Shown here in pieces: positions 40,482 to 47,717 of a stretch of DNA of 48,880 bases. The translations under genes and the position numbers were made by a program. Each line of letters starts with the position of its first letter. The stretch's first letter is position 1. Origin of the DNA: an uncultured Campylobacterales bacterium (GTDB lineage Bacteria > Campylobacterota > Campylobacteria > Campylobacterales > Sulfurovaceae); the NCBI GenBank assembly GCA_964628135.1, contig CAZVPN010000001.1, positions 1 through 48,880 on the forward strand. The letters run 5' to 3'. Under the pieces are notes generated by a model. It was not told where the DNA came from, ran no database searches, and worked only from the letters and a program-made list of their open reading frames with translations.

Positions 40482-41174
40482 ATGAAAACACTCGGAATGC
40501 TTGGCGGCATGAGCTGGGAGAGTACTGCCGAGTATTATAAGCTCATCAATGAAACAGTAGGCAGAAGATTGGGCAATCTCCACTCCGGCAAAATCATACT
40601 CAATAGTGTAGATTTTGGTGAAATAGAACATTTGCAGCATAATGGGGAGTGGCAGAGACTCGGGATAATACTCTCAGATGCAGCTTATGCGCTTCAAAAG
40701 GCTGGAGCAGAAGGTATGATCCTCTGCACAAATACAATGCACAAACTTACTCCACATATCAAAGAGAATATAGATATTCCTTTTATCCATATAGCTGATG
40801 AAACAGCCAAAAAGCTTATAAAAGACAATATACAAAAAGTAGGCCTGCTTGGAACGGCTTTTACTATGGAGCAGGAGTTTTACAAGAGTAGGTTGATAGA
40901 GAAGTATTCACTTGAGGTGCTAATTCCCCCAAAGCAGCAGATAGATGAGATACACAGAGTAATATATGATGAGTTGTGTGTCGGTATCACAAAAGAGGAA
41001 TCCAGGGCCTATTACGCCAAAGCTATTGAGGGACTGCAAAAGCAGGGTGCCCAGGCGGTTATTCTGGGGTGTACTGAGATCGGACTTCTTATATCGCAAG
41101 AGGATAGCGTTTTACCTATATATGATACAACAAAAATCCATGCCGAAGCAGCAGTAGAGTGGATGTTGCAATAG
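40482..41174 (+). CDS. Aspartate/glutamate racemase family protein
   Basis: GMLGGMSWEST N-terminus and the two catalytic regions (ILCTNTMH, ILGCTEIG). It starts 3 nt after the previous stop. Confidence 0.88.
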   Translation: MKTLGMLGGMSWESTAEYYKLINETVGRRLGNLHSGKIILNSVDFGEIEHLQHNGEWQRLGIILSDAAYALQKAGAEGMILCTNTMHKLTPHIKENIDIPFIHIADETAKKLIKDNIQKVGLLGTAFTMEQEFYKSRLIEKYSLEVLIPPKQQIDEIHRVIYDELCVGITKEESRAYYAKAIEGLQKQGAQAVILGCTEIGLLISQEDSVLPIYDTTKIHAEAAVEWMLQ

Positions 41175-41233
41175 CAGTTATATAAAAACTAATTGCGATA
41201 TAATACTATATAAAATAAAGCAAAGGAAACAAA

Positions 41234-41440
41234 ATGAGCAAAAATAAAAAAATAGAACAACTTAATAAAATCAAAGAGCATATAAATAACTTAGAATTGA
41301 GTGAAGATGAAAAAAGCAACTCATACAAGCATATTGAGCAGTGGTATGAGGAGGACAAAGCTTTTGGAGAACTATATAGTAAACTTGCAAAAATATCACC
41401 AAAAATAGAGGCGCTATTGGTAGAGATTGGTCTTATATAG
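41234..41440 (+). CDS. Small hypothetical protein (68 aa, helical, charged)
   Basis: AAGGAAA RBS 6 nt before the ATG and a TATAAT-like box (GATATAAT) about 35 nt upstream. No family recognised. The antisense ORF 41206..41451 is low-complexity and lacks an RBS. Confidence 0.45.
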   Translation: MSKNKKIEQLNKIKEHINNLELSEDEKSNSYKHIEQWYEEDKAFGELYSKLAKISPKIEALLVEIGLI

Positions 41441-41492
41441 ATTAATATCATTTTTATATTTATTAATTTAGTGTAGATATTTTTTAATATAT

Positions 41493-42122
41493 TTAAAAAA
41501 GTGTCTCTTGCTTATCTTTATTAAGGCGTATATTGTCCCAAAAAAGATCTACATGCTTCTCAAAAAGAGTCACGGCAGAAGATGTCGATTTGCCATCTAT
41601 TTTCAATAAAACTACCTGGCTCTGATAAAAAAACAGAGGTGATAGAAACTCATTTGCCAGCAGGAGCGGATCAGAAGAGGATATCTGCTCATCCTGCATC
41701 ATTGCAAATAGTGCAGCAGAGAGTTTTTTCACGTTTTGTTGATAGAAAAACTCCAGATAAAGGTCCCTAATCTTGGTGTTTCTATACATCTCTTGCATCA
41801 GAAGCCTAAAAAGCGCTTCATTCTTGTTATCAAAACTTAAAAGCTTGAAGGTAGTAGCAATATTGGCCAACAGTGATTTTCCGCGCCGTGAATGCTCAGC
41901 AGGCTCCTTGTCTTCAAATATCTTAACTATAGCAGATTCCATCAAATCCTCAAGCAGGGTACTGAGTATTTCATCTTTGCTCCCAAAGTGATTATACAGG
42001 GCGCTTGGCTGCAAACCAACCGCTTTTGCTATATCTCGCACGCTGGTATCGCCAAAACCTTTTTTTGCAAAGAGCTCCAGTGATTTAGACAATATCTTCT
42101 CTTTAGTACTTATTTTGCGCAA
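41493..42122 (-). CDS. TetR/AcrR family transcriptional regulator
   Basis: N-terminal helix-turn-helix (HTH) region (KEKILSKSLELFAKKGFGDTSVRDIAKAVGLQPSALYNHFGSKDEIL). The start is reassigned to TTG 42122 (AAGGAG-N5-TTG). The upstream 72 nt of the six-frame ORF contain a consensus promoter. Confidence 0.88.
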   Translation of the reverse strand: MRKISTKEKILSKSLELFAKKGFGDTSVRDIAKAVGLQPSALYNHFGSKDEILSTLLEDLMESAIVKIFEDKEPAEHSRRGKSLLANIATTFKLLSFDNKNEALFRLLMQEMYRNTKIRDLYLEFFYQQNVKKLSAALFAMMQDEQISSSDPLLLANEFLSPLFFYQSQVVLLKIDGKSTSSAVTLFEKHVDLFWDNIRLNKDKQETLF

Positions 42123-42165
42123 TATAACTCCTTTAAGAAAGCCCAAGAATAGGGCGTATAACCGT

Positions 42166-42194
42166 ATTATAGTGAACATTTGTTCATTTGTCAA
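42166..42194 (-). promoter_or_regulatory. Consensus sigma70-type promoter of the TetR gene
   Basis: On the minus strand: TTGACA (42194-42189), a 17-nt spacer, then TATAAT (42171-42166). The RBS and TTG start lie about 40 nt downstream. Confidence 0.6.
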
Positions 42195-42271
42195 GTTCTC
42201 TATTCAAAATAATATGAACAGTCGTTCATTTATAGAGAGTTGTCTTCTATAGTTGATGAACAATCGTTCAT
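42172..42271. promoter_or_regulatory. Array of three 16-bp palindromic operator-like sites (ATGAAC-N4-GTTCAT)
   Basis: GTGAACATTTGTTCAT at 42172-42187, ATGAACAGTCGTTCAT at 42214-42229 and ATGAACAATCGTTCAT at 42256-42271. Start-to-start spacing is exactly 42 bp twice. The first site fills the -35/-10 spacer of the TetR promoter. Confidence 0.6.
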
Positions 42272-42688
42272 TGAATGGTTATTTATACTCCATTTTATGG
42301 ATACTAGAGCAGATATTCCTGGACAAGATGGGATTTAAACATATTATTTAATATTTAATATTAATTAGTATGTGCACAATAAGCTATTTACTATCGATAC
42401 AAAACAAAGCTGGGAGTAAAATGCCAACATGCTAATTTATTTTATGCATGAAAAAGAAGATAGAGATACTAGTCTCCAAAATTTTTTCACGAGAAAAAAG
42501 GATCAGGGTCAATGGTTAAAACAATTTTAAAAACTTAGTTGCAGAATTAGATTGTTTATAAATTAAAAAAGCAATTCAATATATCTTGGTTAACATAATA
42601 TACATTCTATCAAAAATATATTCTGTTCCCTGAGCAGATATTTGTTTTCTGTTGGTTGTTGGTGTTCTCTTTCTACCAATAAAACAAT

Positions 42689-42716
42689 ATATCTACTTCT
42701 TTATATCTACTTCTTT
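42689..42716. repeat. Perfect 14-bp tandem duplication spanning the deacetylase stop codon
   Basis: ATATCTACTTCTTT occurs twice: 42689-42702 and 42703-42716. The stop codon (CTA on plus, 42707-42709) lies in the second copy. Confidence 0.9.
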
Positions 42717-44263
42717 GTTGATGGAAGAAGAAAAAGTCTTTTCTGTAGAGCCAAAGTTTGTTTACTGATATAGCCATCCCTGAATGTTAGGTGCAGTAAT
42801 CTTAGAAAAACAGCTCCATCATTTTTCAAGTTTAGCCCCTCCAATCTAAATATATCCAATGGAGAGTGCGGCTGACTTTCAGATCCACTTCCTGGAGGCA
42901 AGGTTCTTTCTTTTATCTCAGGTCGATTTTTTGCTGCATTAGGGGTATATGCATTGATTGCGGCAAAACTCCAGCCCCCTTTTTTTAAGAGTTCTATAAA
43001 GGTTTTTAACTCTTTTGCGTCATATTTGTGGCTAAACATAAAATCATGAGCAAGAAGAATGACTTTATTGGTGCGTCCAATCATTCTATTCTTGTAGAAG
43101 CTGTTTAGCCTGCTGATCATCTTGTATGCACCATATGCTATCCTTCCGTTGTGAGGATTAAAATGCCACTCTATATCCCAGCCAAAAATCCTGTAGCCAT
43201 TTTTCGCCAGCAGATCATAGGCTGGCACCTCTATCTCTCTGCGTCTTTTGCTTATGGCATAGTCATCATGTTTGACGTCAGATAGCCTCCATACATTTCT
43301 GCCGGCAAGTCGTAGATATTTGTCATCTTTGATTATCTCATGCGCCCTGTTGACATCGTTAAGTACAAGTTGCTTGTTACTGTAAAATCTTGCATAGTGA
43401 CCATTTGCATGACTGTATGTGTGATTTGCTATATATAGATTTGGCATTGTTCTTTCTGTATCAAATATTGCCCTATTGTGCTCTACCATTTTGCCGATAC
43501 AAAACATTGTTACGGGAATCTTCTCTTCTTGAAAGATTTTTATTACATTTAGAGTTCCCCTGCTCGGCCCATCATCGAAAGTAAGGTATATGGTTTTGTT
43601 GTTTTTTCTATTGGGTGTTAGTATAGTAGCAGCCCCTGTCAAGGTCAAAGGTTTTGACGCATTGTTGTCTGCCTTAGCTGTTTCTGTATTTGGAATAGTA
43701 GGGGCTATTGTTGGAAGTTGACTTTTTTGCTTTTCTGTCGGACTTGCAATAATCATTTCAATATGTTTATAGGTAGTTGCCTTGCTGCTCGCATTTCTGT
43801 CTGTAAGGTATATGATATTATTTGTTTTTGGTCTCTTTTTGGTATTGTTGCCATTTGATCTATGCTGGGTGCTAAATATATCAAGAGGATTTGGATGGTG
43901 TTTTTTTGCATCTTCGTTGGAAATATTTTTTTGGGTAGGAATATAACGTTTTTTTGAGTCGAATTTTTTGGTACTGTTTTTGTTGTTTATTTTGATCCGA
44001 GAGCCCATTTTGGAAACAGCACTTTTTTTGGGTGGTTTTTTAGCAATATGTCTATCTCTTTTGCCACCAAATATACTTAATGGGTTTGGATGGTGCGATG
44101 AATACTCCTCCAACGATGGTTTCGTCGGTAACATTGTTTTATTGTTATCGGAAAATGCTGCATGATTTGGAGGTATTAAACCCGCTGCTACAAGAAATAT
44201 AAAATACTTGCAATTGATTTTAGCTGTACTCAAGAGGCATCCTGCATGAAAAATTATAGACAT
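42707..44263 (-). CDS. Polysaccharide deacetylase (NodB domain) with long lysine/asparagine-rich N-terminal region
   Basis: NodB motifs TFDDGP and HTYSH are in the central part. There is an N-terminal hydrophobic signal-like segment. About 200 aa of basic low-complexity sequence carry repeated HHPNPL(S/D)IF motifs. Confidence 0.85.
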   Translation of the reverse strand: MSIIFHAGCLLSTAKINCKYFIFLVAAGLIPPNHAAFSDNNKTMLPTKPSLEEYSSHHPNPLSIFGGKRDRHIAKKPPKKSAVSKMGSRIKINNKNSTKKFDSKKRYIPTQKNISNEDAKKHHPNPLDIFSTQHRSNGNNTKKRPKTNNIIYLTDRNASSKATTYKHIEMIIASPTEKQKSQLPTIAPTIPNTETAKADNNASKPLTLTGAATILTPNRKNNKTIYLTFDDGPSRGTLNVIKIFQEEKIPVTMFCIGKMVEHNRAIFDTERTMPNLYIANHTYSHANGHYARFYSNKQLVLNDVNRAHEIIKDDKYLRLAGRNVWRLSDVKHDDYAISKRRREIEVPAYDLLAKNGYRIFGWDIEWHFNPHNGRIAYGAYKMISRLNSFYKNRMIGRTNKVILLAHDFMFSHKYDAKELKTFIELLKKGGWSFAAINAYTPNAAKNRPEIKERTLPPGSGSESQPHSPLDIFRLEGLNLKNDGAVFLRLLHLTFRDGYISKQTLALQKRLFLLPSTKK

Positions 44264-44313
44264 TATATCAAAAAATATTGAAAAAAGGTGTTTTGAGCTA
44301 TAATTTGTTCAAT

Positions 44314-47121
44314 ATGGCAAAGAAAAAAAGAAAACATTTCATAAAACTCAACAATAAAATCCGCTCCCTGTTTGGCGATAAGCCTTTTGATGAGGGTGTT
44401 GCGACGCTTGATGATGATAGGCTTTTGGAGCTTGTGATGCTGCTTGATATACCTGTGCACTCCCTATCAAGAGATGACAATATCCGAACACTGCGTAGAG
44501 TCTGGAGTGAGGGTGATTATACCAATCGCAAAATGATAGTGGATCATCTGCTTGGCAAAGTAGTAGTCTCCAAAAACGATGGAGCATATATCGACAAAGT
44601 GGATATGATATTGGATCTGCTTGATGAGATAGAGCATACCAAAGATGAGGAGGAGTTGATCCTTGCTGAGTTTTTGGAGCATCGAACAAACAAAATTACA
44701 CTCGAAAAGATCACCGCAAAGCTATCATATCTTCGCCTCCAAAAAAGGATCGCATCTTTGCAAGATAGATTGGAAGTGGAGTTTAGCTCTGATAATAGAA
44801 TGGAGTTTTATCACTCATTTGTATTTGAGTGCCCAGATGAGAGCTTTAGTAAGACATTGCTTCTTAGTAGCTCTGTTTTGGAGATAGATTTGTCTGATGA
44901 AATTGACGATGAGAAGATTATCTCCTTTTTGGAGGATACAAAAAGAGTATTGATTGAGCAAAAAAAGGAGCAGATAGCAGCCTTTATCTCATCGCTTGGA
45001 GAAAATAGATATATTGATCAAAAGCAATCTTGCACCCTACTCAGAAGCCTGCCTGTCTCACACGATATATATCATACCCCTTTGCCTTTGGAGTTTGTGG
45101 AAAGTTTGGTTTTGGATATTTCGCCGGACTATTATCTGATAGAATCAGGAGAGCACTTTGTTATCCAAAAAGATAGAACCACCCTGCTCTATGGCGTTGA
45201 AGTGCCATATAGAGTCATCGTCACATACACCAAAAACTATATCTATGGTCTAATTTGGCACAACGAAGATCTGCCCATCAAAGAGGATATGAGCTCTCTA
45301 AAAGAGAGTATGCTTGAGAGATTTGAGCAGGAGCTGTCGCTACTTTTTGATGATCTGCTTAGTATGGCTGATGGTTTGGATGTCGAGGCTGAGACTATCA
45401 GAGAGTTTATAGTGCGATTTCTTGCTCCACAATTAGAAAATTCAGGCAATCTGAAAATCAAAGAGAAGAGTCGCCGTCGTGTATTTTATCACTTCCAAGA
45501 GTATCTAAAGCCACTCAAAGAGAAAAAGATGAAGCAGATGCTTCTAGCTCAAACTATACGCGATTTTAAACAGCTATTTCCTCTGGCAAGATCACTCAAA
45601 CGCAAAATCACATTTCACGCCGGACCGACAAATAGCGGAAAGACATACAGTGCACTATCTAGGCTCAAAGAGGCAGAGAGCGGATACTACTTGGCACCGC
45701 TTAGACTGCTTGCCTTGGAGGGGTATGAGGATCTCAACTCTAGCGGTGTGCCCTGCTCTCTGATCACCGGTGAAGAGGAGATTATCGATGAGGACTCTGC
45801 ACATATCAGCTCAACTATTGAGATGATGAATCCTTCAGTAGAGGTTGAGTGCTGTGTCATTGATGAGATACAGATGATAGATGATAGAGATCGCGGTTGG
45901 GCTTGGGCAAATGCACTCATAGGTGCACCGGCAAAAGAGGTGATACTCACAGGCTCCAGTGATGCGGTAAATGCGGTGAAGCAGATAGCAGAGTATCTAG
46001 GTGAAGAGCTTGAGATTATCTATTTTGAACGCAAAAATCCACTCAAAATGATGCCACACCCTACTTCACCCAAACAGATCAAACCCCAAAGTGCCATAGT
46101 GACATTTTCACGCAAAGAGGTGCTTGCATATAGACAAAGGCTCTCAGGCAAATACAGAGTCTCCGTTGTCTATGGCAACCTCTCGCCTGAGGTGCGTAGA
46201 GAGGAGGCACGCAAGTTTAGAGAGGGTGAGAGTGAGATACTTATAGCCACAGATGCGATAGCTATGGGGCTCAATCTGCCCATTAGGACAATTTTGTTCG
46301 CTAGAGACAACAAATTTGACGGGCTTCGTCGCAGAGAGCTAACCACTACAGAGGTGCTTCAGATCTCAGGTCGTGCCGGCAGATACGGCATAGAGGAGGT
46401 GGGATATGTGGGTGCACTCGACAATGCTACGCTTACGACTATATCGGATCGATTTCACTCAAAGCTTCCGGATATAGAGGCACCATTTTCGGTGATGGCT
46501 AGCCTAGATCACGCTCTACTCATCGGAGAGATACTTGAGACTGAAAATATCTTGGAGATTTTGGAGTTCTTTGCCGAAAATATGGAGTTTGAGGGTCCAT
46601 TTGTGGCTGCAAATATGGATACAATGATGGAGATAGCCGCTATAGTGGATGGCTATGAGCTGGATCTTCGCACCAAATATCACCTATCTTGTGCACCCGT
46701 TGGCATCAAATCACCATATCTTGAGTCAGCCTTTCGCAGATATATTGGCTCTCTAGAGAAGCAAAAGCCGGTCTTGTATATACCTCCTAGAGATCTGCCG
46801 CCCTATGCACATACTGCCGATGAGCTATTGAATGCCGAGGATAGAGTCAAGGAGGTATCTTTGTATCTGTGGCTAAGCTTCAAGTTTCCCGACTATTTTG
46901 AGCAGACAGATGATGCTATCAAAGCTAGATCAAGGCTAAATAGCTTTATAGAGAAGTCCCTACAAAAAGGCAACTTCACCAAGACTTGCCAAAGATGCGG
47001 CAAGGTGCTTGATTTTGGGTATCGTTTTTCTATCTGCGAAGCTTGCTACACCAAAGCCAAAAGAGGAGACAGGTCATCCTACCCCAAAAGAAAGAGATCA
47101 TTCAAAAAGACAAATAAGTAA
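44314..47121 (+). CDS. Suv3-like superfamily 2 ATP-dependent helicase with ~430-aa N-terminal extension and C-terminal zinc ribbon
   Basis: The helicase core begins at FHAGPTNSGKTY (Walker A), with DEIQM (motif II), ILTGS, VVYGNLSPEVRREEARKF, IATDAIAMGLNLP and QISGRAGR. A SUV3-C-like region follows, then CQRCGKV...CEACY and a basic tail. The first ATG is at 44314. Confidence 0.85.
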   Translation: MAKKKRKHFIKLNNKIRSLFGDKPFDEGVATLDDDRLLELVMLLDIPVHSLSRDDNIRTLRRVWSEGDYTNRKMIVDHLLGKVVVSKNDGAYIDKVDMILDLLDEIEHTKDEEELILAEFLEHRTNKITLEKITAKLSYLRLQKRIASLQDRLEVEFSSDNRMEFYHSFVFECPDESFSKTLLLSSSVLEIDLSDEIDDEKIISFLEDTKRVLIEQKKEQIAAFISSLGENRYIDQKQSCTLLRSLPVSHDIYHTPLPLEFVESLVLDISPDYYLIESGEHFVIQKDRTTLLYGVEVPYRVIVTYTKNYIYGLIWHNEDLPIKEDMSSLKESMLERFEQELSLLFDDLLSMADGLDVEAETIREFIVRFLAPQLENSGNLKIKEKSRRRVFYHFQEYLKPLKEKKMKQMLLAQTIRDFKQLFPLARSLKRKITFHAGPTNSGKTYSALSRLKEAESGYYLAPLRLLALEGYEDLNSSGVPCSLITGEEEIIDEDSAHISSTIEMMNPSVEVECCVIDEIQMIDDRDRGWAWANALIGAPAKEVILTGSSDAVNAVKQIAEYLGEELEIIYFERKNPLKMMPHPTSPKQIKPQSAIVTFSRKEVLAYRQRLSGKYRVSVVYGNLSPEVRREEARKFREGESEILIATDAIAMGLNLPIRTILFARDNKFDGLRRRELTTTEVLQISGRAGRYGIEEVGYVGALDNATLTTISDRFHSKLPDIEAPFSVMASLDHALLIGEILETENILEILEFFAENMEFEGPFVAANMDTMMEIAAIVDGYELDLRTKYHLSCAPVGIKSPYLESAFRRYIGSLEKQKPVLYIPPRDLPPYAHTADELLNAEDRVKEVSLYLWLSFKFPDYFEQTDDAIKARSRLNSFIEKSLQKGNFTKTCQRCGKVLDFGYRFSICEACYTKAKRGDRSSYPKRKRSFKKTNK

Positions 47122-47147
47122 TAAGGCTCATTGGATATAATTTCACT

Positions 47148-47702
47148 ATGAATAATAAAATAACACTAAAAAAGCTCTATGACGAATACAGTCCATTTTT
47201 GATTATCTTTGTTGCTATTTTGACTCTATTTTTAGTCGCAGCCTACTTTGCCCCTACTCCACGGGAGAAGCTAAGCTATCTGCAATACTTCTTTATGACG
47301 CTAGCGACTATATATGTCACTGCTACTTTGTTGGTCTTTGTGGTGCTTGGCTTTAGGTCATTTGCCTACTATATGGCTATATTTTTGGCGATGGTGATAT
47401 ATCTTGGCGGTGTATATGTGGCTTCGATGGTGATATTTATGACCTATGTGGCTTGGGGTTTTGTATTTGGTATAGAGGCATTGTTGGTATATTATGATGT
47501 CCAAAGTGCCAAAGATTGGTTTCTCAAGCGATACACACTAAAAAGCTTCAAAAGAGAATACAAAGTCTTCTATCCGGCCATTGTATTTTTATACTTTATG
47601 TTAGAATACCTCCCAGCCATACTAAAAGGCAAAAAGATCACAAAGTTTCAACCCAGAGTGATACTTAGCACGATGGAGAATGTTTTGGGTCTGAAGAAAT
47701 AA
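47148..47702 (+). CDS. Hypothetical integral membrane protein
   Basis: 184 aa with about 5 hydrophobic helices and no recognisable motif. Confidence 0.6.
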   Translation: MNNKITLKKLYDEYSPFLIIFVAILTLFLVAAYFAPTPREKLSYLQYFFMTLATIYVTATLLVFVVLGFRSFAYYMAIFLAMVIYLGGVYVASMVIFMTYVAWGFVFGIEALLVYYDVQSAKDWFLKRYTLKSFKREYKVFYPAIVFLYFMLEYLPAILKGKKITKFQPRVILSTMENVLGLKK

Positions 47703-47717
47703 CAATTAATAAATATA

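Noticed and set aside
41206-41451. 81-aa minus-strand ORF overlapping the 68-aa plus-strand ORF
   Set aside because: It is Leu/Ser/Ile low complexity with no RBS. The plus-strand ORF has an RBS and a -10 box, so the minus frame is treated as a shadow.
42123-42194. N-terminal 24 codons of the six-frame TetR ORF (TTG start at 42194)
   Set aside because: That TTG is the first half of a TTGACA -35 box. A 17-nt spacer, TATAAT, AAGGAG and TTG 42122 follow, so the region is a promoter plus leader rather than coding.
42290-42520. Several 10-28 codon ATG frames downstream of the TetR operators (e.g. MDTRADIPGQDGI, MHEKEDRDTSLQNFFTRKKDQGQWLKQF)
   Set aside because: None has an RBS or conspicuous promoter spacing. 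They cannot be distinguished from chance in AT-rich DNA, and are mentioned only as candidates under the operator finding.
38882-47702. Possibility that the 38.9-47.7 kb segment is a mobile genomic island or defence island
   Set aside because: I see no integrase, transposase, flanking tRNA, long direct repeats, or recognisable defence genes (restriction-modification, CRISPR-Cas, Abi, toxin domains). It is treated as variable chromosomal DNA, not a mobile element.
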